Source of the DNA: an uncultured Fibrobacteraceae bacterium
GTDB lineage: Bacteria > Krumholzibacteriota > Krumholzibacteriia > LZORAL124-64-63
NCBI GenBank assembly: GCA_964617805.1
Contig: CAZTWK010000004.1
Location: 15,860-79,859 of the forward strand
Direction of reading: 5' to 3'
Length of the DNA stretch: 64,000 nucleotides
The position numbers were made by a program, and so were the translations under genes. The notes beneath the pieces were generated by a model. It saw only the letters and a list, made by a program, of their open reading frames with translations, was not told the origin of the DNA and did not search any database. This document shows, in pieces, positions 25,787 to 35,350 of this stretch (position 1 is its first letter; the number at the start of each line of letters is the position of its first letter).

Positions 25787-26959
25787 CTACTTCTGGATAT
25801 CATCCACGGCATCCTGATCGCAGAGGGTCGCCCAGCGACCGGCGAAGAAGCCGCCCGGACGATCCGGGATCTGCATGTACTGGCCGCCCAGGACGCCCTC
25901 GACCGTCTCCGCTGCGTTGATCCACTGGCCCTCGAAGAAGCCGTGGCCCTCGCTCGGTCCCGGACCGTAGGTACCCGAGAGCAGCCCGCGGAACTGGCCG
26001 TTGCGGCTGACGTACTTGCCGAAGAACACGTTCTCGCCCATGTCGTCGACGCCGTAGCGCCCGCGCAGCAGACCCTTCACGCGGCCCCAGATGGTCATCC
26101 AGCGCCCCTTGAAGTAGCCGTTGGCGATGAGCGTGCCGTCCTCGTCGTACTGGGGATCGGCGACCCAGATGCCGCTCAGGAAGCCCTTGGGGCACAGGTC
26201 CACGTCGGTCAGCCGGAAGCCCTCGAAGCTCAGGGCGTTGCCCAGCTCGTCCACGGGGTAGGTCTCGTCCAGGCCGGCGACCTCGTCCATGGGGATGTCG
26301 AGGGTGATCTGGGGCGTGACCAGATGCAGCATGTTGGGCTCGGGCAGCGTGCCGTCGGGCTCGGGCTCGACCGGGGGCTCGATGATCTGGATGACCAGGC
26401 CGTCGTAGTGGGGACCGGTGTGCGAGAACCAGGCCACGGTGTGGCGGTCGATGCGCGGGCGCACCAGGCTGTCCCAGGGGCGCTCGAAGAGGATCACCCG
26501 CCGGGCCACGGCGATGCCGCGGTCCACGCGCAGCATGCCGCTCCAGTCCAGGGCGTTGAAGTCGTCGTCGATGTCGTCCACCAGGCCGTCGAGCTGGCCC
26601 CAGAGCAGCCGCACGACGGTGATGCGCGGGCGGGTCGGATCGTCGGGATCGCTGTTGACGAGCTCGTCCTCGTAGTTCGCCACCTCGTCGGCCAGCGCCG
26701 GCTCGACCTCGTCCATGGGATCCTCGGCGTCGGCGTCCGCGTAGAGGTACGCCGTGTCCTCGTAGTAGGCGTCGTCGAAGTTTTCCGCCTCGTCGGTGGC
26801 GGTCAGGCCGCCGTTGGCCTTGCTCATGTCCATCTGGTCGTAGTCGTCGACGGCGATGTCGGCCGTCTCGGTGACGCCGGGCGTCTCCGAACAGCCCGCG
26901 GCGCCCAGGATGATCAGGCCCAGCAGGGTGAGCAGGCCCAGGATTCTCAGGTTCTTCAT
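25787..26959 (-). CDS. hypothetical acidic lipoprotein
   Basis: Start MKNLRILGLLTLLGLIILGAAGC (lipobox) with SD GGGAG. Asp/Glu-rich N-terminal region. No recognised family. Confidence 0.6.
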   Translation of the reverse strand: MKNLRILGLLTLLGLIILGAAGCSETPGVTETADIAVDDYDQMDMSKANGGLTATDEAENFDDAYYEDTAYLYADADAEDPMDEVEPALADEVANYEDELVNSDPDDPTRPRITVVRLLWGQLDGLVDDIDDDFNALDWSGMLRVDRGIAVARRVILFERPWDSLVRPRIDRHTVAWFSHTGPHYDGLVIQIIEPPVEPEPDGTLPEPNMLHLVTPQITLDIPMDEVAGLDETYPVDELGNALSFEGFRLTDVDLCPKGFLSGIWVADPQYDEDGTLIANGYFKGRWMTIWGRVKGLLRGRYGVDDMGENVFFGKYVSRNGQFRGLLSGTYGPGPSEGHGFFEGQWINAAETVEGVLGGQYMQIPDRPGGFFAGRWATLCDQDAVDDIQK

Positions 26960-27186
26960 GATCGTCTCCCTCTTGGTGTGTCCCTGGCCGTGGATCCTCT
27001 CCGCGATCGCGCGGCCGTCGTCCTCTCGTCTGCCCCCCGTCTGCATCTGCGGTGCCAGGCGGGGCTGTGTCAGTCTATCGATTTCAGGACAACGGATTAC
27101 AGAGACGAGGGCCGGGAAATGATTGCTCCGGGGCCCCTGAAGGTGAACCTGTGGGTACGGTCGGCGGTCGGGAGGGTACAGGTGGG

Positions 27187-27639
27187 CTAGCGATCGCGGG
27201 CGCGCAGCTTGAGCGCGATGGTCTCCTCGTGCTTGAGCCCGAGCAGCTTCGACAGCTTGTGGACCAGGGCGTCCTCGTGGGCGTCCAGCACGCCGTCGCT
27301 GTAGACCACGCGCCAGAGGGCCTCCAGCACGCGCAGGCGCTCCTTGCGCGGGAGCTCCTCGCGGATCAGGCGCGTGAACTGGTAGAGGTCGGTGCTGCGC
27401 TCGCGCTCGCGGCGGGCCAGGTCGAGCAGGGTGTCGGTGGCGGCCTCGTCCAGGTCGAAGCGCTCGCGCACCAGGGCGGCCACGGCGTCGCGCTCCTCGT
27501 CGCCGAAGTCCTCGTCGGCCCAGGCGATCTCCAGCAGCAGCGCGCAGGTCGAGAGCCGGATGCGGTGCTCGACGTCGTCGTCGGGGCGGCCGGTGGGCGC
27601 GGCCTCGTCCTGGAACAGCTTGCGGATGGCGTCCAGCAA
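27187..27639 (-). CDS. TerB-family (tellurite-resistance/DjlA N-domain-like) protein, TTG start
   Basis: 150 aa. SD AGGAG then TTG. Acidic helical protein resembling the TerB fold. Confidence 0.55.
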   Translation of the reverse strand: MLDAIRKLFQDEAAPTGRPDDDVEHRIRLSTCALLLEIAWADEDFGDEERDAVAALVRERFDLDEAATDTLLDLARRERERSTDLYQFTRLIREELPRKERLRVLEALWRVVYSDGVLDAHEDALVHKLSKLLGLKHEETIALKLRARDR

Positions 27640-27640
27640 C

Positions 27641-28801
27641 TCAGCTCCTGACCGCGGCGCCGCGGACCACGCGCCGCCACGTGGGACCGGGCAGGGTGAG
27701 CACTTCGTAGGGGATGGTGCCGAGCCAGTCGGCCATCTTCTCGGCGGTGATGCGCTCCTCCCCCTGGGCGCCCAGCAGCACGGCCTCGTCGCCGGCGGCC
27801 ACGCCGGGGATGTGCGTCACGTCGACCATGGTGAGGTTCATGCAGACGCGGCCGCGCACAGGGGCGCGCCGCCCGGCGATCAGGACGTGGGCCTGCTGGG
27901 AGAGGCGGCGCGGGTAGCCGTCGGCGTAGCCCACGGGCAGCACGGCGATCCGGCTGTCGACGGGGGCCTGCCAGGTGCGGCCGTAGCCGACGGTCTCGCC
28001 GGCGGGGACGCGGCGGACCTGGGACACGCCGCAGGACCAGGTGACGGCCGGCTCGAGCTCCAGGTCGGGGTGGTCGCCGGCCCGCGCCGAGACGAGGGTC
28101 TCGCGCGAGGGCCAGATGCCGTAGGCCGCGATGCCGACGCGCACGATGTCGCGGCAGGCCGAGCGCCAGAGGATGGCCGCCGCGCTGCACGACATGTGCC
28201 GCGCCAGCCCGTCGTGCCCGCGCGCGGCGAGGGCCGCGAGCCAGGCCTCGAACCTGTCCGTCTGGGCGTGGGCCCAGCCGTGGTCGGTGGTGTCCTCGAT
28301 GTCGGCGTAGTGGCTGGAGACGCCGGCCAGTTCCAGGCCCGGCGCGCCGGTCAGCAGGTCCAGGGCCTCGTCCAGTTCGTCCTCGACGATGCCCTGGCGG
28401 TTGACGCCGGTCTCCACCTTGAGATGGACGCGCAGGGAGCGGTCGGGCGCGACCGCCGCGGCGGCGTCGGCCGCGGCGGCCAGGGAGCCGACGGTGATCT
28501 CGGCCTGGAGGCGGGCGGCCAGCGCGGCGCCCTCGCGGGTGAGCGGTCCGAGGATGAGCAGCGGAACGCCGACGCCGCCCTCGCGCAGGGCGGCGGCCTC
28601 CTCGACGGCGTGCACGCCGAGCATGTCGGCGCCGCCGGCGAGGAAGGCCGTGGCGGCCGGCAGCAGTCCGTGGCCGTAGCCGTCGGCCTTGACCACGGCG
28701 AGCAGGCGCGCGCGCGGCGGCGCGAGGGCGCGGAAGCGCTCCACGTTCCGCCGCAGCGCGTCATGGTCCGTCTCGAGCCTGAGCCAGCCGGCCTCGATCA
28801 T
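27641..28801 (-). CDS. alr: alanine racemase
   Basis: AVVKADGYGHG PLP-lysine motif. Typical Alr length (386 aa). Confidence 0.85.
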   Translation of the reverse strand: MIEAGWLRLETDHDALRRNVERFRALAPPRARLLAVVKADGYGHGLLPAATAFLAGGADMLGVHAVEEAAALREGGVGVPLLILGPLTREGAALAARLQAEITVGSLAAAADAAAAVAPDRSLRVHLKVETGVNRQGIVEDELDEALDLLTGAPGLELAGVSSHYADIEDTTDHGWAHAQTDRFEAWLAALAARGHDGLARHMSCSAAAILWRSACRDIVRVGIAAYGIWPSRETLVSARAGDHPDLELEPAVTWSCGVSQVRRVPAGETVGYGRTWQAPVDSRIAVLPVGYADGYPRRLSQQAHVLIAGRRAPVRGRVCMNLTMVDVTHIPGVAAGDEAVLLGAQGEERITAEKMADWLGTIPYEVLTLPGPTWRRVVRGAAVRS

Positions 28802-28846
28802 CGCACCGCTCTCCCCGTCCTGGTGGACCCGAATCCGCGGTCGTCG

Positions 28847-29356
28847 CTACTTTTCCTTGAGCCTGCCCTCGCCCTTGGCCTGACGGTAGTTCTCGCAGCT
28901 CTCGACGTCCGTGCAGGATCCGTAGAGTTCCAGGCGGTGACGGTGGATGGTGAACTCGTGCTCGCCGGCCAGCTTCTCCTGCAGGGCCTCGAGCTCCGGG
29001 TTGAAGAACTCGAAGATGCGGCCGCAGTTCTGGCAGATCATGTGGTCGTGGTGCTCGACCTGGGAATGACCTTCGTATCGCGCCAGGCCGTCGCCGAAAC
29101 GGCGCTCCTCGACCAGCCCGCTGCGGACCAGCAGGTGCAGCGTGCGGTAGACCGTGGCGTATCCGATCTTCGGGTTGACGGCCTTGACCTCGCGCAGCAA
29201 CTCCTCGACGGAGATGTGTCCCTTCAGGTTGAAGAACACGTTGACGATGGTGTTGCGCTGGCGGGTGGTCTTCAGACCCTCCGACTGGATGAACTTCTGG
29301 AAGGCCCGTTCCTTCTCCTTGACGGCCTCCGGTAAGACGTCTCGCTTGATGGCCAC
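28847..29356 (-). CDS. fur: Fur family transcriptional regulator
   Basis: 169 aa. Winged helix plus HHDH...C-x2-C metal-binding motifs (HHDHMICQNCGRIFEF). Confidence 0.85.
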   Translation of the reverse strand: MAIKRDVLPEAVKEKERAFQKFIQSEGLKTTRQRNTIVNVFFNLKGHISVEELLREVKAVNPKIGYATVYRTLHLLVRSGLVEERRFGDGLARYEGHSQVEHHDHMICQNCGRIFEFFNPELEALQEKLAGEHEFTIHRHRLELYGSCTDVESCENYRQAKGEGRLKEK

Positions 29357-29394
29357 GTGCTGTTCCTTCCTGTGCAGTGAAGCGTGATTCTGAT

Positions 29395-29445
29395 ATCCAA
29401 AATCAAGGAAATTGATAATTCACCTTCTGACGCCTGTCAAGTCCT
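29395..29445. promoter_or_regulatory. AT-rich Fur-box-like sequence upstream of fur (possible autoregulation)
   Basis: tgattctgatatccaaaatcaaggaaattgataattcacc contains GATAAT/ATTGATAATT elements resembling the Fur-box consensus. Confidence 0.35.
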
Positions 29446-29538
29446 CAACGGTGTGGGGCGCGGGATCTTGCGGAGGCAGCCGCGCGGGAAACGCGCTCCA
29501 GCCCGGTTAAACCGGGCGGGCGGCCACGTGGGGATTTC

Positions 29539-30303
29539 TCAATGAAAATGAATCCGATATGCCACCGAGCCCGGCTGAGGGACCGCCCAGAGGGTCGCTC
29601 CATCCCAGGCCAGTATCACGTCGTGTCCGCGGAAATCGAAGCCCTCGCGCGCGACCGTGCCGCTCCAGCGGCCGGCCCCCCGCGAGAGCCGGTAGAGGCG
29701 TCCGGTCCCGCTGTCGCTGGTCCAGAAGGCGCGCCCGTCGAAACCGACTCCGTAGGGCGAGAAGGCCGGCGCGAGTTGCGAACGGGAGATCTCCTCGGCC
29801 TCGGGATCGAAGCTCTCGAGCCGTCCGCGATCGCGGTCGGTGATCCAGATGTGGCGCCCGTCCCAGGCGAGCCCGCAGGGATGGTGCCCGGGCGTGGGAT
29901 AGACGGCGTCCACGAACAGGGTGTCCGATTCGATCTTGTAGAGCGTGGCCTCGGCCTCCGCCGTGGCGTCGCCGAGACTCCACAGGTACTTGCCGTCGAA
30001 GGCCAGCCCCCGCGACAGGGTGCCGGTGAAATCCTCCTCGCGCACGAGCTCGCCGCGACCGTCGTACCAGGCGAGCGCGACCTTGAGCGGCGGCGCCCCG
30101 GGTACGGTGTCGGGCTGCGCCACCAGCGCCACGTAGTTGAGATCGTCGAGCCAGGCCAGGCCCCGGATCTCACCCTCGGCGACGGTCAACGAATCGCCCC
30201 AGCTCATGCCGATCACGTCGGCGGCCGACGCGAACGCCGGCGCGGCGAGGCAGAGCGCGATCAACAGACAGGACAGGCGGGGGATGTGGGCGACGGTCCT
30301 CAT
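29539..30303 (-). CDS. secreted beta-propeller protein, glutaminyl-cyclase-like
   Basis: Start MRTVAHIPRLSCLLIALCLAAPAFA. Repeated blade motifs LAFDGKYLWSLGD, LAWDGRHIWITD, VGFDGRAFWTSD, LAWDGATLWAV. Confidence 0.5.
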   Translation of the reverse strand: MRTVAHIPRLSCLLIALCLAAPAFASAADVIGMSWGDSLTVAEGEIRGLAWLDDLNYVALVAQPDTVPGAPPLKVALAWYDGRGELVREEDFTGTLSRGLAFDGKYLWSLGDATAEAEATLYKIESDTLFVDAVYPTPGHHPCGLAWDGRHIWITDRDRGRLESFDPEAEEISRSQLAPAFSPYGVGFDGRAFWTSDSGTGRLYRLSRGAGRWSGTVAREGFDFRGHDVILAWDGATLWAVPQPGSVAYRIHFH

Positions 30304-31202
30304 GGGCCCTCCTCGGGCGATGCCTCCGGCGCGTCGGCGGACGCCGTGTCGAGGGCGATCGACACGGCGACGGTGGCGTGGGTGGCGAAGAGACGATCCT
30401 CGGCGTCGGCGAGTCCGCGCATCAGGCCCAGGGTGAGGCCGCGCCCCTCCCCCCAGGGCAGGTCCAGGGTCAGACGCAGCCGCCGGCATTCCCCGGCGCC
30501 CGCGTCCCGCGCGGAGAACCGCAGCTCGGCGGCCGGGGCCAGACGCCACGCCAGCGAGCCGCCCCAGACGGTGAGCTCGGGAAAGGCCTCGTCGGCGAGC
30601 TCCTCGCCGGCGGCGCCCATGTTCATGACCTGCTCGAAGACCAGGGCCCCGCTCAGGCGCTCGCCGAGACGGAAGGCCCGGCGCAGGGCGAGCCGCACGC
30701 TGGTGCTGCGCGCGGCGAAGGGGTAGAGGGCGTTGGGCGCGAAGGGCAGGGCCACCTCGCCGCCGAAGAGGCTGTCGCCGATCAGCGGCAGGCGCAGCGG
30801 GGCGAGGAGCCCCAGCTCGGGCCGCCCCCAGCCGGAGACGCCGTCCTCCCCCGGCCAGTCGAGGTCCGGCGTCTCGCCCTCGGCCACCGGCGGCACGGCC
30901 TCGGGCCAGCGCGCCAGGGCGGAACGCCCGGCCGTGTGGAAGGTGAGATGGCGCCAGCGCAGGTAGATGCGGTTGACGTCGCCCTGGGACATGACGCTGG
31001 TCAGGCCGAAGGCGTCCACCTGCCAGTCGCTCTCGGGGTCGTCGAAACGCTGGACGTCGAAGGTGAAGCCGGTGTCGCCGGTCATGGCCTCCCAGGGCAG
31101 GGGCTCGGCCCAGGGCGCGGCGGCGGGAGCGGCGGCGGGAAGCAGGGCGGCGAGGACCAGGCAGGCGCAGGCGGCGGCGGGGCGGCGCCGGGAGCCGTTC
31201 AC
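30300..31202 (-). CDS. hypothetical secreted protein, GTG start
   Basis: SD GGAGGGAGAGGGG then GTG. Signal peptide AACACLVLAALLPAAAPAAA. Start overlaps the upstream gene stop (GTGA). Confidence 0.45.
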   Translation of the reverse strand: MNGSRRRPAAACACLVLAALLPAAAPAAAPWAEPLPWEAMTGDTGFTFDVQRFDDPESDWQVDAFGLTSVMSQGDVNRIYLRWRHLTFHTAGRSALARWPEAVPPVAEGETPDLDWPGEDGVSGWGRPELGLLAPLRLPLIGDSLFGGEVALPFAPNALYPFAARSTSVRLALRRAFRLGERLSGALVFEQVMNMGAAGEELADEAFPELTVWGGSLAWRLAPAAELRFSARDAGAGECRRLRLTLDLPWGEGRGLTLGLMRGLADAEDRLFATHATVAVSIALDTASADAPEASPEEGP

Positions 31203-31702
31203 GGCCCCTCTCCCTCCTGCTCGATCAGGCGCACGGTGCCGGCCTCGGCGAAGTGGACCTGGACCACGTTGCGGTTGCCGGGAAGCGTCTCCTTGGCCAC
31301 GACCACGCCGTAGTCGTCCCAGGCCAGGTGGTGTATGACGTCGCCCTCGGCGTAGGTCTCCCAGGGCCGGTAGGGCACGGCCTGCGAGACGTCCATGTCG
31401 GCGAGGGGATCGGGCGGCGGCGGTTCGTCCGGCGGGGGTTCCTCCTCCGCGGCCTCTGACGGGGCCGCCTCCGGGTCGGGCGTCGCGGGCGTCTCGGCCG
31501 GGGCCTCCGGGGCCGCGTCCTCGGCGGGCGCGTCGCGCTCGTCGGCGGGCTTGAGGTCGACGCTGGAGCTGACCTTCGGCAGGAATCCCTTGCAGCTCGG
31601 GCACTGGAGCCACACGACGCCGTCGTCGTCCCCGTCCGACGTGGGCACGACCGACATCTCGTACTCCGCCTTGCAGACGGAACAGTACTGCGGAATCTTC
31701 AT
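31199..31702 (-). CDS. hypothetical zinc-ribbon protein with acidic Pro/Glu-rich linker
   Basis: MKIPQYCSVCKAEYEM...LQCPSCKGF (C-x2-C ... C-x2-C), then a PE-rich low-complexity segment and a C-terminal domain. Confidence 0.45.
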   Translation of the reverse strand: MKIPQYCSVCKAEYEMSVVPTSDGDDDGVVWLQCPSCKGFLPKVSSSVDLKPADERDAPAEDAAPEAPAETPATPDPEAAPSEAAEEEPPPDEPPPPDPLADMDVSQAVPYRPWETYAEGDVIHHLAWDDYGVVVAKETLPGNRNVVQVHFAEAGTVRLIEQEGEGP

Positions 31703-31748
31703 GGCGAGGTCCGTGTCAGGGGCGTGTGACGCATGGACGGCCGAACCG

Positions 31749-31931
31749 TCATGGGAGGATCTTGCAGCAGTTCTCCGCATCGTCCTTGTGCAGGTACCGC
31801 ATGCCGCAGACCAGGCACTTGAACTCGCCGTCGATGCGGCCCTCGTTCTCGGCCTTGGTCAGGAGCTGTTCGAACTTAACGTAGGATTTGTCGCGGATCA
31901 GGATCTCCGTTTCTCCCCTGCGTCGCTGCAT
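31749..31931 (-). CDS. small Cys-containing protein (60 aa)
   Basis: Strong SD GGAGGA 5 nt before the ATG. MQRRRGETEILIRDKSYVKFEQLLTKAENEGRIDGEFKCLVCGMRYLHKDDAENCCKILP. Confidence 0.5.
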   Translation of the reverse strand: MQRRRGETEILIRDKSYVKFEQLLTKAENEGRIDGEFKCLVCGMRYLHKDDAENCCKILP

Positions 31932-32077
31932 GGCATCCTCCTTGATCTCCACGGCCCGTGTGGCGGACCGTATCGTGCACAACGTACCGAGCGTTCGGTG
32001 TCGGGCATACTACAAGATCGGCACGGCAGAGTCAACCGGACCGGGTCGAAAGAGTTCCGAATGGATTTGAGGTTGCG

Positions 32078-32926
32078 TCAGCCGGCGGCGTTGGCCTCGA
32101 GCAGGTCGTCGTCCGCGCCGAGATCGCTGCGGGCGTCGATGACGCGGTAGAGATCGCCAAGGGTCTCCGCGCCGAGTTCGCGCGTGGCGGCCAGGGCGCG
32201 GGCCAGCACGCCGGCGGTGGCCAGGGCGTCCTCGCCGGCCCGGTGGGGATGCGTGTGGGCCACGGCGAAGGTGCCCGCCAGGTCCTGCAGGCGCCAGCCG
32301 TCCAGGTCCGGCCAGAGGCTGCGGGAGAGCTGCAGGGTGCAGACCGCGGGCAGGTCCGGCATCACCAGGCCGTGACGTTCCAGCTCCCAGCGCAGGAAAG
32401 GCATGTCGAAGCGCACGTCGTGGGCGACGAAGGCGTGGGCGCCGTGGAGCATGTCCACGACCACGGGCGCCACCTCCGCAAACGGCGGCGCCTCTTTGAG
32501 CTGGCTGGGTTTGATCCCGGTCAGCCGGCGGATGCGCGGCGAGACGTGGCGCTTGCTGTGGCAGAGACTGCTGAACTGCTTGACCACCTGGCCGCGCTCC
32601 AGCACGGCCATGCCGACCTCGATGATCCGGTCCACGCCGGTGAGGCTGCCGGTGGTCTCCAGGTCGACCGCCACCATGCGGATGTCCTTCAGCGGCACGT
32701 CCAGGAAGGGGGCGTCGTAGGACAGCCAGTTGCCGTCGTGGGCGCGTCCGATGTGGAGCAGGGGATCGAGGATGGCGCGCACCAGCAGGGCCGCCACGGG
32801 GTCCTCGTGGCGCTGGGGGCCGAAAATGTGGCGTGCGACGGCCTGCGGGGCGCAGGGGCGGTCGCAGGACTGGAGGAAGTCGGCAGCCTCCATCCGCAAT
32901 TCATGCAATTCAGCAGAAAGCATCAC
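32078..32926 (-). CDS. DnaQ-like 3'-5' exonuclease (DNA polymerase III epsilon family) with N-terminal extension
   Basis: VAVDLETTG (Exo I), HGAHAFVAHDVRFD (Exo II) and HTHPHRAGEDALATA (Exo III-epsilon) motifs. Confidence 0.8.
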   Translation of the reverse strand: MMLSAELHELRMEAADFLQSCDRPCAPQAVARHIFGPQRHEDPVAALLVRAILDPLLHIGRAHDGNWLSYDAPFLDVPLKDIRMVAVDLETTGSLTGVDRIIEVGMAVLERGQVVKQFSSLCHSKRHVSPRIRRLTGIKPSQLKEAPPFAEVAPVVVDMLHGAHAFVAHDVRFDMPFLRWELERHGLVMPDLPAVCTLQLSRSLWPDLDGWRLQDLAGTFAVAHTHPHRAGEDALATAGVLARALAATRELGAETLGDLYRVIDARSDLGADDDLLEANAAG

Positions 32927-32941
32927 TCATTATAACATATA

Positions 32942-33805
32942 TCAAAACGATGACTCAAGACCTCCGAGACAGGGTTCGGCATCCGCCCCGAAACCCAGCA
33001 ATTCCATGATTTCCACCCTCAGCGACGGCGGCGGCGGCTGACGATGGCCGGCGGGTTCGAGCTCCGAACGCGTCTCGGCGCGCTCCGCGGCGTAGGCGAT
33101 CCCCAGGAAGGGCACGTCCGCGTGGACCGCGGCGCTCACTTCCCGCCGGTGGATCTGCAGCATCCGGCCGCGCGGCAGGTCTATGCGCGTCGTGTCGCCG
33201 GCGACCAGGGTGAACTGGTCGCAGAGCAGGTCCGCCTCGCCGACCACGCGCGTGGTCCGGCCCTCCTCGGTGCGGGTGTCGGCCTCGAAATCGGTCTCCA
33301 GGAAGGCGCCGGTCAGGGGATCGTCGCGCCACTGCTCGGGCGGCAGGGTGCGGGCCTCCCCCTCCTGCCACTGCACGACCTCCCGCACGTGGTCGACCAG
33401 CGACCCCGTGCGCGCGGCCAGCCCCTTGTCGAGGGTCAGGCGCAGTCCCTCCCCCGGCACGGGCTCGCGGCCGTCGGGGCTCTCGGCCAGGGGCAGCACC
33501 TCGATCAGCCAGGCCGCCTCCGACTCGCCCACGCACTGGATGCGCACGACCTCCACGCGCCGGCGTCCCCCTTCGAGGGTCGTGGCCTGGTAGTCCGCCC
33601 GGCAGCCGGGCTCGATGCGCATCACCGCCTCGGGCTGGCGCCACAGGGTGAACACGTCCAGGGCCCGGGCGGCGTCGGCCCCGGCCAGCCCCAGCAGGCA
33701 CAGGCCACATAGCGCGACGGCCGTCGCTCGGTGGCTCCGGCCGTCGGCGCGCGCGTCCGCGGGGACGTGCCGCTCAGTGTTCGATCTTGGCCCAGTACGT
33801 GTCAT
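32942..33805 (-). CDS. hypothetical secreted protein (start uncertain, possibly an internal GTG near 33718)
   Basis: 287-aa ORF. Hydrophobic signal-like segment VALCGLCLLGLAGADAARA. Overlaps the upstream gene by 31 nt if the annotated ATG is used. Confidence 0.45.
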   Translation of the reverse strand: MTRTGPRSNTERHVPADARADGRSHRATAVALCGLCLLGLAGADAARALDVFTLWRQPEAVMRIEPGCRADYQATTLEGGRRRVEVVRIQCVGESEAAWLIEVLPLAESPDGREPVPGEGLRLTLDKGLAARTGSLVDHVREVVQWQEGEARTLPPEQWRDDPLTGAFLETDFEADTRTEEGRTTRVVGEADLLCDQFTLVAGDTTRIDLPRGRMLQIHRREVSAAVHADVPFLGIAYAAERAETRSELEPAGHRQPPPPSLRVEIMELLGFGADAEPCLGGLESSF

Positions 33806-35138
33806 AGTCGAAGTCCGGGCTGTTCTCCTGGTCGTGGCAGGTCACGCACGCGTTGCGCGCCTCCTGCTTCCACTTGCCGTCGCGGCTGTGCAGCGTGCCG
33901 TAGCCGTGGCAGGCCTCGCACTGCACGGCGCGCAGGCGGTTGGCCGGCGGCTTGTCGTCGTAACCGCCGATGTAGACGTAACCGGTCGTGTGGCAGACCA
34001 GGCATTCCGGCGCGTCGGTCTGGCCCTTGCGCGCCAGGGTGTTGAAGGCGTCGCTGTGGGCGCTGTCGCGCAGCAGGTCCGCGACGTCCTGGTGGCACTT
34101 GCGGCACTCGCGGTCGGTCAGGAAGGACTCGTCCGCGAAACCCTGGGTCTGCTGGTAGATGCCGCGGGCCGCGACCCGGAACTCCTCGAGCCGCACCTTG
34201 AAGGCCTCCACGCGCTCCAGCATGACGGGATCGTCGGCGACGGAGTCGTTCAACTCGTAGACCTCCAGGGCGAAGGCCTTCATGTCGCCGCTGGCCGGAT
34301 CGAACTGACCGTCCAGGCGGCCGATGTAGCGGCCCTCGAAGGACGAGCAGATCAGGGCGGCGTCGTTCAGGATCCGCTCCGTGCGGTAGGGACGCCGGGA
34401 GTGCCCGACCAGGCAGATGTCCACGCCGTCCACGTCGGCCAGCAGGGCCTCGGTGCCGGCGTCGCCCATGTGCGAGAGCACGATGACCGTCTGGGCGCCC
34501 GCCGCGCGCAGGCGCGGGAGCACTTCGTTGAGGGTCTCCACCGGATCGTCGACCTGGTAGATCTCCTCCTTGGCGGACATGGACATGATGTTCGACGCGG
34601 GGTCGAGCACCGAGCATACGCCGAAGGTGACGCCCCCCCGCTCGATGAGCAGGTACTCGGGCAGGATCAGCTCGCCCGTTTCGGGCAGGCGCACGTTGGC
34701 GCTGGTGAAGGGGAGCTGATAGGTGTCCATCATCTCGCGCAGGAAGTCGAGACCGTAGTTCAGGTCGGCCTCGCCGAGGCCGATCGCGTCGTAGCCGAAC
34801 TCGCTGGTCAGCTCGCAGACGAAACGGGTCTGCTCGCGTTCGATGCGCTTGCGGCGGCCGAAGAGGTCGCCGGCATCGATCATCAGCACGGGATCGCCCG
34901 TATTCCAGATCTCGTCGAGTATCGTGGCCCGCCGGGCCACACCGCCGCGTCGGTTCGACTTTCACCCACAGGGTTCGATCTTGCCGATCACGTCGGAGTT
35001 GTAGACGATCTTCACCGGCGCCCACGTGCCGGCGTCCTGGGCGGAGGACTCGAGCGCCGCGGGGGGCGTGCTCGATACGAGGACCAGCAGGGCCAGCAGC
35101 CCCAGCCAGGCCTTACTTGCCTTGATCAATGACACCAT
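33774..35138 (-). CDS. secreted metallophosphoesterase (5'-nucleotidase-like) fused to a C-terminal tetraheme cytochrome c domain, with one in-frame TGA at 34962-34964: candidate selenoprotein
   Basis: Start MVSLIKASKAWLGLLALLVLVSS (signal) with SD GTGGAG. The upstream ORF ends ...VIGKIEPCG-TGA. The same frame continues KSNRRGGVARRATILDEIW...LMIDAGDLFG (phosphoesterase), and the C-terminus has CRKCH, CLVCH, CEACH, CVTCH. The downstream part has no signal peptide of its own. Confidence 0.6.
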
Positions 35139-35350
35139 CGTAACTCCACGATTGCGGGATTCGTTGCGGACAGGATGACGGGTTCCCATGCGGGGAACCC
35201 AGGATCAAACCAACACGGTGCGTCCGAGTTCCCGCACCGCGGCGTCAATGATACCAGCAGGGGGCGGGCCGATCAAGGACGGTGCGGTTCCCGGGACGAG
35301 ACGAGGGGACGGCACGCGGCCGACCCCTCGTTCGAGTTCCCCGAAGGGAG

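Noticed and set aside
10324-35138. Alternative genetic code (TGA read as Gly or Trp genome-wide) as the explanation for the in-frame TGAs
   Set aside because: TGA demonstrably ends most genes here (trpC, trpG, trpE, tsaB and others, often in ATGA overlaps). The genome is GC-rich, unlike known code-4 or code-25 lineages. Local recoding (Sec) or error is more plausible.
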